Of a DNA stretch of 64,000 nt, positions 1 through 9,293 are shown piece after piece. Below the pieces are notes generated by a model that was given only the letters and a program-made list of their open reading frames with translations, was not told the origin of the DNA and did not search any database. Within the stretch, counting starts at the first letter, position 1. Each line of letters starts with the position of its first letter. Source of the stretch: Polyangia bacterium. GTDB lineage: Bacteria > Myxococcota_A > Polyangia > Fen-1088. Where the stretch lies: assembly GCA_036500205.1 (NCBI GenBank), contig DASYCK010000172.1, positions 3,967 to 67,966 on the forward strand, given 5' to 3'. Both the position numbers and the translations under genes were made by a program.

Positions 1-1
1 G

Positions 2-976
2 CGTATCTACGTCACCAACAAGCTCCCCGCCGCCACCACCGTGCACTGGCACGGCGCGCGGCTCCCCAACGGCATGGACGGCGTCGGCGGACTGACCCAG
101 AAGCCGATCGCGCCTGGCGAGACCTTCAAGTACGAGTTCACGCTGCGCCAGACCGGGACGCTGATGTACCACTCGCACCACGACGAGATGACGCAGATGG
201 GGATGGGCATGACGGGAATGTTCGTCGTGCATCCCCGCCGTCCGCGGCAGACCGTCGACCGCGACTACGCCATCATGCTGCACGAATGGCGGATCGATCC
301 GGGGGCGCGCCGGCCGAACCCGCTGGAGATGACGGATTTCAACGTGCTGACGATGAACGCCAAGGCCTTCCCCGGCACGGCGCCGCTGCTGGCGAAGACC
401 GGCGACCGGGTGCGCCTGCGCATCGGCAACCTGAGCGCGATGGACCACCACCCCATTCACCTGCACGGTCACCACTTCATGATCACCGAGACCGACGCCG
501 GCCCGATCCCCGAATCGGCGCGCTGGCCCGAGACCACGGTGCTGGTCCCCACCGGCAGCACCCGCACCGTCGAGTTCGTCGCCGATGTCCCTGGAGACTG
601 GGCGATGCACTGCCACATGACGCATCACCTGATGAACCAGATGGGTCACGGCATCCCCAACATGATCGGCGTCGACACGACCGCCGTCGACCAGCGCATC
701 CGCAAGCTCGTCCCGGGCTACATGGCCATGGGCGCGACCGGGATGGCGGACATGGCCGGCATGGACATGGCCGTACCCAGGAACAGCGTCTCCATGGTGG
801 CCGGGCGGGGAAAGTTCGACGTCATCACCATGGGGGGGATGTTCACGATCCTGAAGACGCGCGACGCGCTGGTCGAGGGGAAGGACCCGGACTGGTACGT
901 CGCCCCCGCCGATACGCTGGCGACGAACGCCACCGAAGCGGAGCTGGCGCGCGACGGAATCGCCACCAAGACCTGA
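2..976 (+). CDS. multicopper oxidase (CopA/CueO-like), 5' end cut by window edge
   Basis: The frame is open from nt 2 (RIYVTNKLPAATTVHWHG...). Copper-ligand motifs HWHG, HSHH and HCHMTHHLMNQM (HCHxxxHxxxxM) are present. A Met-rich segment (MGATGMADMAGMDM) is typical of copper-resistance oxidases. Confidence 0.85.
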   Translation, partial: RIYVTNKLPAATTVHWHGARLPNGMDGVGGLTQKPIAPGETFKYEFTLRQTGTLMYHSHHDEMTQMGMGMTGMFVVHPRRPRQTVDRDYAIMLHEWRIDPGARRPNPLEMTDFNVLTMNAKAFPGTAPLLAKTGDRVRLRIGNLSAMDHHPIHLHGHHFMITETDAGPIPESARWPETTVLVPTGSTRTVEFVADVPGDWAMHCHMTHHLMNQMGHGIPNMIGVDTTAVDQRIRKLVPGYMAMGATGMADMAGMDMAVPRNSVSMVAGRGKFDVITMGGMFTILKTRDALVEGKDPDWYVAPADTLATNATEAELARDGIATKT

Positions 977-1011
977 CTTACATTTCGGCGAATTCCGCCT
1001 AGATTCACGGC

Positions 1012-2352
1012 GTGAAAACGATCCCGCCGATCCTGATGGCGTTGGCGAGCCTGCTCCCCGGCGCGCGTCGAACGGACGCGAAGGAGGCGGCCGCCGCCGC
1101 GCCACAGCCCCCCTTCGCCGACTATCGCGGCCAGGTGCCCGGCACGAGTCACCTGATTCGCGTGGCCGATCTGCCCGCGCCGGATCCCGCCCGATCGATC
1201 GACAACGGACCGCACCTGGTCAAGCGCCCCAAGAACGCCTGGCCGCAGGCGCCCGCCGGTTTCAAGGTCGACCTGTACGCCGAGGGGCTGTCTAACCCGC
1301 GGCTGATTCGCGTCGCGCCGAACGGAGATGCCTTCATCGCCGAGAGCAAGAACGACACGATCAGGGTGCTGCGGGGCGTGACGGCCGATGGAAAGGCCGC
1401 GCAGTCCGATACGTACGCGCGAGGACTGAACGAGCCGTTCGGCATCGCGTTCTATCCGAGCGGTCCCGGCGTCGAGCCGCGCTGGCTGTACGTGGCGAAC
1501 ACCGGCTCCGTCGTGCGCTTTCCGTACAGGAGCGGCGATGTTCACGCACGGACCGCGCCCCAGGTCGTGGTCCCCGATCTACCGGGCGGCGGCTTGCTGC
1601 GCGGGGGAGGGCACTGGACCCGCGATCTGGCGTTCTCGCGTGGCGACAAGAAGCTGTTCGTGTCGGTGGGCTCGCACTCCAACGTCGACGATCCCGACAC
1701 GACGAAGGCGGAGTTTCATCGCGCCGACATCCTCGAGTTCAAGCTCGACGGCAGCGGCCTGCTCGACGGAGGAAGCCCGCGCGTCTTCGCCAGCGGCATC
1801 CGCAACGCCGTCGGTATCGCCATCCATCCGCGCACCGGCGCGCTGTGGGCGTCGGTGAACGAGCGCGACCTGCTGGGAGACAACCTGGTCCCCGACTACA
1901 TCACCACCGTGGCCGACGGCGGCTTCTACGGCTGGCCCTGGTTCTACATCGGCGGCCACCCCGATCCGCGCCACGCCGGCAAGCACCCCGAGCTGCGAGC
2001 GAAGGTGATCGTGCCCGATGTGCTGCTGCAGCCGCACTTCGCCTCGCTGGAGATGTGCTTCTACGAGGCGACGCAATTTCCTGCGGCGTACCACGGCGAC
2101 ATCTTCGCGGCCGAGCACGGCTCGTGGAACCGGCACGTCCGCACCGGCTACGAGGTGATCCGCGTCCCCCTGCACGGCCAGGATCGGGCGTCGGGCGCTT
2201 ACGAGGACTTCCTGACCGGCTTCGTGACCGAGAACGGCGACGTATGGGGGCGCCCGGTCGGCGTGGCGGTGGCGAAGGACGGGGCGTTGCTGGTCACCGA
2301 TGACGGCGGCGACTCCGTCTGGCGGGTCACCTCCGTCCAGAAATGGCCGTGA
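1012..2352 (+). CDS. PQQ-dependent sugar dehydrogenase (sorbosone/glucose dehydrogenase family), secreted
   Basis: 446-aa ORF with a GTG start and an N-terminal hydrophobic signal (MKTIPPILMALASLLPGA). Propeller-type motifs GLSNPRLIRVAPNGDAFIAE, ERDLLGDNLVPDY, GFYGWPW and GRPVGVAVAKDGALLVTDD match what I recall from soluble PQQ dehydrogenases. Confidence 0.7.
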   Translation: MKTIPPILMALASLLPGARRTDAKEAAAAAPQPPFADYRGQVPGTSHLIRVADLPAPDPARSIDNGPHLVKRPKNAWPQAPAGFKVDLYAEGLSNPRLIRVAPNGDAFIAESKNDTIRVLRGVTADGKAAQSDTYARGLNEPFGIAFYPSGPGVEPRWLYVANTGSVVRFPYRSGDVHARTAPQVVVPDLPGGGLLRGGGHWTRDLAFSRGDKKLFVSVGSHSNVDDPDTTKAEFHRADILEFKLDGSGLLDGGSPRVFASGIRNAVGIAIHPRTGALWASVNERDLLGDNLVPDYITTVADGGFYGWPWFYIGGHPDPRHAGKHPELRAKVIVPDVLLQPHFASLEMCFYEATQFPAAYHGDIFAAEHGSWNRHVRTGYEVIRVPLHGQDRASGAYEDFLTGFVTENGDVWGRPVGVAVAKDGALLVTDDGGDSVWRVTSVQKWP

Positions 2353-2581
2353 CGCGGCATTGTTGGGACTGAAGGGGCCATTTCAGCCACGATAGTCGGC
2401 CGCCATGGCGAAATGGTCTCTCGATCAGCATGATTTCTACTATGAAGCCAGGCCAAGCACGAGAACATCGCGTCATTCGGCCCATTGGAGGCGACGTAGG
2501 CGGCGGTGTGTTCGAAACGGGTAGACAAATGCCCATGATCTGGCTAGGCTGTCCCGTGTCTCAAACCAAAGGAGTTCCGTC

Positions 2582-4393
2582 GTGACATCACCGCGCTCGT
2601 CCGCCGCTCAAAGCCTACGCCCCGTCGACAAGTCCTCTTACGCGTCTTCGACCGCCGTCGTGACGCCGAAGACCGGACCAGTCACGGTTGTGTCCACGGG
2701 CGCCGAGAAGCTGATTCGCTGCCTCGAGCGAGAGGGTGTCGAGTACGTGTTCGGACTGTCGGGCGGCGCGGCCATGCCGATCTTCGATGCGCTCGTCGAC
2801 TCGAAGATCAAGCTGATCCTGGTCCGCCACGAGCAGGGCGCGACCCACATGGCCGATGGCTACGCCCGCTCGACCGGCAAGCCAGGCGTCGTGCTCGTGA
2901 CGTCGGGCCCCGGCGCGACCAACACGGTCACCGGGCTGCTGACGGCGCTGATGGACTCGGTGCCGATGATCGTCCTCACCGGTCAGACCATCTCGCCGAT
3001 GCTGGGCAAGGACGCCTTCCAGGAAGCGGACGTCACGGGCATCACCTACCCGGTCGTGAAGCATTCGTACCTGGTCAAGAACGCGAACGACATCCCCCGC
3101 ATCGCCCGCGAGGCGTTCTACCTGGCGACGAGCGGCCGCCCCGGCCCGGTCCTCATCGACCTGCCCAAGGACATCACCTCGGGCCCCTGCACGGCCGACT
3201 TCGTCGAGGAGGTCGATCTGCCCGGGTACAATCCCCCCGGCAAGGCCGATCCGGCCCTGTTGAAGAAGGCGGCCGCGCTGCTGGCGCGCGCGAAGAAGCC
3301 GGTGCTGTACGTCGGCCATGGCGCCGTCATCTCGGGCGCCGGTCCCGCGATCATGAAGCTGGCGGAGAAGCTTCAGGCGCCCATCGTCAACACCTTGCTC
3401 GGCAAGGGGGCCTGCCCCGAGGATCATCCGCTGCACCAGGGGATGCTGGGCATGCACGGGACCGCGTACGCGAACAAGGCGGTCATGAACTGCGACAGCA
3501 TCTTCGCCATCGGCGCGCGCTGGGATGATCGCATCACCGGCAAGCTGTCCGAGTTCTGCGTGGGGGCGAGCAAGATCCACGTCGACATCGACGTGGCCGA
3601 GTTCAACAAAATCGTCCGCCCCGACGTCTCGATCGCGGCCGACGCGAAGCTGGCCATCGAGGACCTGCTGCCGCTGGTCGAGAAGTGCGACAGCGAAGCG
3701 TGGCTGGAAGAGCTGGAAGGCTATCGCAAGCAGTACCCGCTGAAGTACGGGAAGAAGGGGGGCCTGCGGGCGCAGCTGGTGCTCGACCGGCTGGACAAGC
3801 TGGGCGGGCGCGACTGCATCCTGACCACCGACGTCGGCCAGCATCAGATGTGGGCGGCGCAGTTCTGCCGCACCACCAAGAACCGGCACTGGCTGTCGTC
3901 CGGGGGCGCGGGCACGATGGGCTACGGCTTCCCCGCGGCGATCGGCGCGCAGTTCGCGAACCCCGACAAGAAGGTCTGGTGCATCGTCGGCGACGGCGGC
4001 TTCCAGATGACCTTGGCCGAGCTGGCCACGGCGGCCATCCACAAGCTTCCGGTCAAGATCCTGATCATCAACAACTCGTACCTGGGCATGGTTCGCCAGT
4101 GGCAAGAGCTGTTCTTCGACAACCGGCTGTCGGGCGTCGACCTGGAGGGCAACCCGGATTTCGTGAAGCTGGCGGGTGCTTACGGCATCAAGGCCTGGCG
4201 CGTGCGGCGTCCGGCCGAGGTCGACCGGGTCCTGAAGGCGGCCATGGAATGGAACGAGGGTCCTTGCCTGGTCGAGGCCGAGGTCATGAAGGAGGACAAC
4301 GTCTTCCCGATGATTCCGGCGGGCGCCGCGCTGAAGGACATGATCATCGATCGCCCGAAGCACAAGATGGAGAAGCCAACAGGGAGCACGTAG
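2582..4393 (+). CDS. ilvB: acetolactate synthase, large (catalytic) subunit
   Basis: 603-aa ORF with a GTG start preceded by AAAGGAG. ThDP-enzyme motifs are present (GAEKLIRCLEREGVEYVFGLSGGA, GPGATN, GGAGTMGYGFPAAIGA, IVGDGGFQM...NN). The small-subunit gene follows. Confidence 0.95.
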   Translation: MTSPRSSAAQSLRPVDKSSYASSTAVVTPKTGPVTVVSTGAEKLIRCLEREGVEYVFGLSGGAAMPIFDALVDSKIKLILVRHEQGATHMADGYARSTGKPGVVLVTSGPGATNTVTGLLTALMDSVPMIVLTGQTISPMLGKDAFQEADVTGITYPVVKHSYLVKNANDIPRIAREAFYLATSGRPGPVLIDLPKDITSGPCTADFVEEVDLPGYNPPGKADPALLKKAAALLARAKKPVLYVGHGAVISGAGPAIMKLAEKLQAPIVNTLLGKGACPEDHPLHQGMLGMHGTAYANKAVMNCDSIFAIGARWDDRITGKLSEFCVGASKIHVDIDVAEFNKIVRPDVSIAADAKLAIEDLLPLVEKCDSEAWLEELEGYRKQYPLKYGKKGGLRAQLVLDRLDKLGGRDCILTTDVGQHQMWAAQFCRTTKNRHWLSSGGAGTMGYGFPAAIGAQFANPDKKVWCIVGDGGFQMTLAELATAAIHKLPVKILIINNSYLGMVRQWQELFFDNRLSGVDLEGNPDFVKLAGAYGIKAWRVRRPAEVDRVLKAAMEWNEGPCLVEAEVMKEDNVFPMIPAGAALKDMIIDRPKHKMEKPTGST

Positions 4394-4526
4394 GGGGCAC
4401 GCCCCCCTACGTGACCCCCCATTCCTGAGGGGCCGGCCCGGCTGAGCCGGGCCTCCCTGGGCTTGGACTCGTGCCTTACGGCGCTCTGACTTCGTAGCAA
4501 AAACAACGTTCTTGTGAGGTTTTGAG

Positions 4527-5057
4527 ATGACGGCTACTGCTTTGAATTTGCCCGCTTCGATTGCTCCTCCGGTTCATACGATTTCGATCTTGGTGCGGAA
4601 CAAGCCGGGGGTCCTGGTTCGGGTGGCCTTGGTGTTCTCGCGGCGGGGATACAACATCGAGAGCCTGGTGGTCAGCCCGGACGTCGCCGACGGCGAGTTC
4701 TCGCGCATGAGCATCACCTGCAGCGGCGAGCTGGAGACGCTGGAGCAGATCATCAAGCAGTGCACGAAGCTGATCGACGTCGTGCACGCGATCGATCACA
4801 CCGGCAAGGCGGTGATCGAGACGGAGATCGCGCTCGTCAAGGTGACCTGCCCGCTCGATCGGCGCACCGAGATCCTGCAGATCGCCGAGCAGTACAACGG
4901 AAAGATCGTCGACTACGGCACCGACTCGCTGATCGTGCGCATGTACGGCAGCAGCGACAAGCTGGACGCGTTCATCTCGCTGATGCGGCAGTTCGAGATC
5001 ACCGAGCTCGTTCGCTCGGGCAAGATCCTGATGGCCCGTGGCAACGAGACGACGTAG
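4527..5057 (+). CDS. ilvN: acetolactate synthase, small (regulatory, ACT-domain) subunit
   Basis: 176 aa. HTISILVRNKPGVLVRVALVFSRRGYNIESLVV is the canonical ACT-domain start of IlvN/IlvH. The ATG follows GAGG. Confidence 0.93.
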   Translation: MTATALNLPASIAPPVHTISILVRNKPGVLVRVALVFSRRGYNIESLVVSPDVADGEFSRMSITCSGELETLEQIIKQCTKLIDVVHAIDHTGKAVIETEIALVKVTCPLDRRTEILQIAEQYNGKIVDYGTDSLIVRMYGSSDKLDAFISLMRQFEITELVRSGKILMARGNETT

Positions 5058-5072
5058 TCCGACCGGGACGGG

Positions 5073-5098
5073 CCGCGTCGGATCACGATTCGACGCGG
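5073..5098. terminator. hairpin between convergent ilvN and hslU
   Basis: CCGCGTCG-N10-CGACGCGG. Confidence 0.4.
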
Positions 5099-5105
5099 TG
5101 GCGTC

Positions 5106-6547
5106 TCACAGCACGTACTGCGACAGGTCCTCGTCCTTCAACACGCCGTCGAGCCGCTCACGGACGTAGGCCGCGGTGATGGGAATCGTCACCGTGCCGA
5201 GGCCCGGTGCCTCGAACGCCAGATCGTCGAGCACCCGCTCCATGATGGTGTGCAGGCGGCGGGCACCGATGTTCTCCATGCGCGCGTTCACCTCGGCGGC
5301 GATGCGCGCGATCTCGGCCACCGCATCCTGTCGGATGTCGAGGGTGACGTTCTCGGTGGCCAGCAGCGCCGTGTACTGCTTGGTCAGCGCGTTCTCGGGC
5401 TCGGTGAGGATTCGCACCAGATCGTCGTCGGACAGCGACTCCAGCTCGACGCGGATGGGGAAGCGCCCCTGCAGCTCGGGGATCATGTCCTTCGGCTTCG
5501 AGACATGGAAAGCGCCCGCCGCGATGAACAGCACGTGATCGGTCTTCAGCGGTCCGTACTTCGTCGACACGGTCGACCCTTCGACGATGGGGAGCAGATC
5601 GCGCTGCACCCCTTCGCGCGAGACGTCCGGGCCGCTGCCGCCGCCCCCTTCGCGACCCACCACCTTGTCGATCTCGTCGATGAAGATGATCCCCGCCTCC
5701 TCGGCGCGGCGGATCGCCTCCTTCGTCACCTTGTCGACATCGATCAGCTTGGCCGCCTCCTCTTCCGTCAGCGCCTCCAGCGCCTCGGGCACCGTCAGGC
5801 GGCGCCGCTTCGTCTTGCTCTTCATCTGGGGGAGCATGTCCTTCAGGTTCAGGACCATCTCTTCCATGCCGGTCCCCGAGAACACGTCGATGACCGACTG
5901 AGGCGAGTCGGCCGTGTCGATCTCGACCGTGCGATCATCGAGCTTCCCCTCGCGCAGCAGGCGGCGCAGGCTCTCGCGCGTCCCGCTCCCGCCGTCGGCC
6001 GCCACGGAGGTCGACGACGCCCCGTCCGATTCGCCGATGGCGGGCATGGGGATGGCCGAGGTGTTGCTCGCCCCCGCGCGCGGGCGCGGGCCCGGCGGCA
6101 ACAGCACGTCGAGCAGCCGCTCCTCGGCGTTCTCGCGCGCCCGCGGGCGCACCCGCTCACGCTCCTCTTCCTTCAGCATCTGCATGGCGGTCTCGGCCAG
6201 ATCCCGCACCATGGAATCGACGTCACGCCCCACGTAGCCGACCTCGGTGAACTTCGAGGCCTCCACCTTCACGAACGGCGCCCCGGCCAGGCGGGCCAGC
6301 CGCCGGGCGATCTCGGTCTTCCCCACGCCCGTCGGGCCGATCAGCATGATGTTCTTCGGCACGATCTCGTCGCGCATGGGGGGCGGCACCTGTTGCCGCC
6401 GCCAGCGGTTGCGCAAAGCCACCGCAACCGCCCTCTTGGCGGCCCGCTGGCCCACGATGTAGCGGTCCAGCTCCTCGACGATGGCGCGCGGGGTCAGGGA
6501 TTCGAGGCGCGCCCGCGTCACGGCGGGGCTCACGGTCGCGGACGGCA

Positions 6548-6548
<1 letters not shown>
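5106..6548 (-). CDS. hslU: ATP-dependent protease ATPase subunit HslU
   Basis: [21 protein letters not shown], Walker [16 protein letters not shown], and [10 protein letters not shown] are present. The start overlaps the hslV stop by 1 nt (TGATG). Confidence 0.96.
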
Positions 6549-7087
<539 letters not shown>

Positions 7088-7100
7088 GGGGGAGGAACCT

Positions 7101-8024
7101 TCAAGCGCGGGAACGGGGATGGGCCTTGTCATAGACCGCCATCAGGTGGTCGATGTTGACGTGAGCATAGCGCTGAGTCGTCTGAAGGCTCGCATGTCCC
7201 AGCATCTCCTGAATGGCGCGCAGGTCGGCGCCTTCCCCGAGCAGGTGCGTGGCGAAGCTGTGGCGAAGGGCGTGCGGCGACACCTGGCGAACGCCGGTGG
7301 CGAGCTCGCGCCGGGCCAGCAGCCGGCGCACCGTTCGCGGATCGAGCCGCCGCCCCCGCGCCGTGACAAACAGCGCCACATGATCGGCGCGCTTCGCCTT
7401 CACGATCCAGGCGGTCCGATGGGGCAGATAGACGGCGACGGCCGACACCGCCTTGCGCCCCACGGGGACGATGCGATCTTTCCGCCCTTTTCCCTGTCTG
7501 ATCCGCACCTCGGACTTCCCCCTCTCGTCGGTGAGGTCGTCGAGGTCGAGGTTGCACGCCTCCGACACGCGCAGCCCGGCGCCGTAGATCACCTCGAACA
7601 GCGCCTCGTCCCGCAGCCGGGCGGCCTCGTCGCCGGGCACGTCGGTCGGCTTCACGCCGTCGAGCAACCGGGTGACGTCGTCCTTCCCCAGAAACTTGGG
7701 CAGGTAACGGGCACGTTTCGGCGCGCGCAGCGCCGCCACCGGGCTCGACGTCAGCAGTCGCCGCCGCACCAGGAATCGAAAGAACGCCCGCAGCGACGAC
7801 AGCTTGCGCCCGATCGTCACCGCGTCGTTCTTGCCATGCAGCCCGGCCAGGTACGAACGACAGACGACGATGTCGAGGTCGCCGAGCGCGACGGTGCGGC
7901 CCACGAGCTGGCGCGCGAAGGCGCCCAGTTCGTTCACGTCGTGCAGGTAGGCGCGGAGGGTGTTCACCGACGCGCGCTTCTCAGTGCGCAGGTGATTGCG
8001 AAACGCCTCGATCGCGTCTTCCAT
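7101..8024 (-). CDS. xerC: site-specific tyrosine recombinase XerC
   Basis: N-terminal SAM-like domain ([24 protein letters not shown]). Catalytic-region motifs [22 protein letters not shown] and [15 protein letters not shown] are present. The conserved xerC-hslV-hslU order supports the call. Confidence 0.88.
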   Translation of the reverse strand: MEDAIEAFRNHLRTEKRASVNTLRAYLHDVNELGAFARQLVGRTVALGDLDIVVCRSYLAGLHGKNDAVTIGRKLSSLRAFFRFLVRRRLLTSSPVAALRAPKRARYLPKFLGKDDVTRLLDGVKPTDVPGDEAARLRDEALFEVIYGAGLRVSEACNLDLDDLTDERGKSEVRIRQGKGRKDRIVPVGRKAVSAVAVYLPHRTAWIVKAKRADHVALFVTARGRRLDPRTVRRLLARRELATGVRQVSPHALRHSFATHLLGEGADLRAIQEMLGHASLQTTQRYAHVNIDHLMAVYDKAHPRSRA

Positions 8025-8115
8025 GCCTCGTCGATCGTACTCGATGCCACCAGGGCCGGCGACTTTGCGCGGCGAGGGGGTTGCCGCGGGAGCGCCGCGG
8101 TGTCATGAGAGGGCC

Positions 8116-8778
8116 ATGGCAAGAACACTGGTGACGGGGGCGAATCGGGGCATCGGTCTGGCGCTGTGTCAGCTGCTGCGCAAGCGCGGGGACGACGTGG
8201 TCGCGGTTTGCCGGACCACGAGCCCCGAGCTCGACGCGCTGGGCGCGGACGTCGTTTCCAACATCGACGTGACCTCCGACGAGAACGTGGCCACCTTGGC
8301 CCGTCACCTGGGGGGTACGGCGCTCGATCTGGTGATCCTGAACGCGGGCATCCTGCGCAACACCAACCTCGATACCTTGGAGCTCGATGACGTGAACGAG
8401 CAGTTCGCCGTCAACGCCGTCGGCCCTCTGCGAATCGCCCATGCCCTGCAGCCCAATCTGGTCAAGGGCTCAAAGCTGGCCCTGATCACCAGCCGCATGG
8501 GCTCGATCGGAGACAACGGCTCGGGCGGCCACTACGGCTACCGCATGTCCAAGGCCGCCCTGAATGCCGCGGGAATGTCGCTGGCCGTCGATCTGCGTCC
8601 CCGGGGAATCGCCGTGGCGATCCTCCATCCGGGCTACGTGCGCACCGACATGACGGGGCGGCAGGGGGGCGTGGAACCGACCGAGGCGGCGCGGATGTTA
8701 CTGGCCCGGATCGACGCACTGACCTTGAAGACCTCGGGGCAGTTCCTGCACGCCAATGGGGAGCAGCTGCCCTGGTAA
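8116..8778 (+). CDS. short-chain dehydrogenase/reductase, CsgA (C-factor)-like subfamily
   Basis: I start at the internal ATG giving MARTLVTGANRGIGLA (Rossmann TGxxxGIG). NAG and YRMSKAALN catalytic motifs are present. The C-terminal half (ITSRMGSIGDNGSGGHYGYRMSKAALN...LHPGYVRTDM...GEQLPW) closely parallels the Myxococcus CsgA sequence as I remember it. Confidence 0.85.
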   Translation: MARTLVTGANRGIGLALCQLLRKRGDDVVAVCRTTSPELDALGADVVSNIDVTSDENVATLARHLGGTALDLVILNAGILRNTNLDTLELDDVNEQFAVNAVGPLRIAHALQPNLVKGSKLALITSRMGSIGDNGSGGHYGYRMSKAALNAAGMSLAVDLRPRGIAVAILHPGYVRTDMTGRQGGVEPTEAARMLLARIDALTLKTSGQFLHANGEQLPW

Positions 8779-8793
8779 CCGGCCGTCGCCCGC

Positions 8794-9105
8794 TCAGAGG
8801 GCGGCGACGGACTTGCGCTGAGAAGCGGGGCGGAGACCGGAGGAGTCGCCAGTGGCCAGCGGTTCGGCGCGCACGACCAGGTCGTGGAAGCGACGGACGA
8901 TGGTCCGCACCTCCGCCAGCTCGAGCTCCGACAGCGAGATGAAGCCCTGGCCGACGTCCTCGGCCGAGGGGAACCGGCAGCGGACGTGGTCCCATTCGGC
9001 GCGCGCTTCCCAGCTGAGGCAACCGAGACGACGACGGGTTTCGCCGATCAAGTGGCAGAGCTCGGCCACCTTCGGTTGGGTCTCCTCGTTTAGTCTGTAG
9101 CGCAT
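8794..9105 (-). CDS. hypothetical small protein (103 aa), sigma-54-dependent by promoter prediction
   Basis: The ATG is preceded by GGAGGG and a -24/-12 promoter at 9132-9147. I recognise no family. Confidence 0.55.
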   Translation of the reverse strand: MRYRLNEETQPKVAELCHLIGETRRRLGCLSWEARAEWDHVRCRFPSAEDVGQGFISLSELELAEVRTIVRRFHDLVVRAEPLATGDSSGLRPASQRKSVAAL

Positions 9106-9131
9106 CTTCAGCCCTCCTGACCGTATTCACC

Positions 9132-9147
9132 AGCAAGTGCCGTACCA
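9132..9147 (-). promoter_or_regulatory. sigma-54 (-24/-12) promoter
   Basis: The minus strand reads TGGTACGGCACTTGCT (11/12 to TGGCACG-N4-TTGCW). It is followed by GGAGGG and the ATG at 9105, which implies a leader of about 20 nt. Confidence 0.65.
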
Positions 9148-9293
9148 ACGCGAGAAAGCCGGTCCCATCAGCCTCCGCGCCCTGATGGTGAGCCCTGGCC
9201 GACTCACATCGCGCCGCGCCTGCTCACCTTGAGCCGGTTGCCCCTCAGGTTGCGCAGAAACGTCCGCGCGTCCTGAAGGAACGCCGACCGGGT

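Noticed and set aside
2-976. Possible functional link between the multicopper oxidase at the window start and the CorE-like copper-type sigma factor at 57.2 kb.
   Set aside because: The two genes are 56 kb apart with many unrelated housekeeping genes between them. No shared promoter motif could be identified by eye.
2500-2525. GTTCGAA T-loop-like motif in the ilvB leader, considered as a possible tRNA or T-box element.
   Set aside because: The flanking bases cannot form a T-arm stem or an acceptor stem, and no specifier or T-box consensus is visible.
2615-4363. 582-aa ORF antisense to ilvB. Similar long antisense or out-of-frame ORFs occur at 9204-10514(-), 13520-15508(+), 18230-20122(-), 43554-45512(-), 50555-51946(+) and 61060-63105(-).
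   Set aside because: These translations are Arg/Gly/Ala/Pro-rich with no recognisable motifs. Each lies opposite a gene with clear family signatures. Long open antisense frames are expected at ~70% GC.
7101-8024. Tyrosine recombinase as a marker of an integrated mobile element.
   Set aside because: It sits in the conserved xerC-hslV-hslU housekeeping arrangement. There is no flanking tRNA, no direct repeats and no phage or transposon genes.
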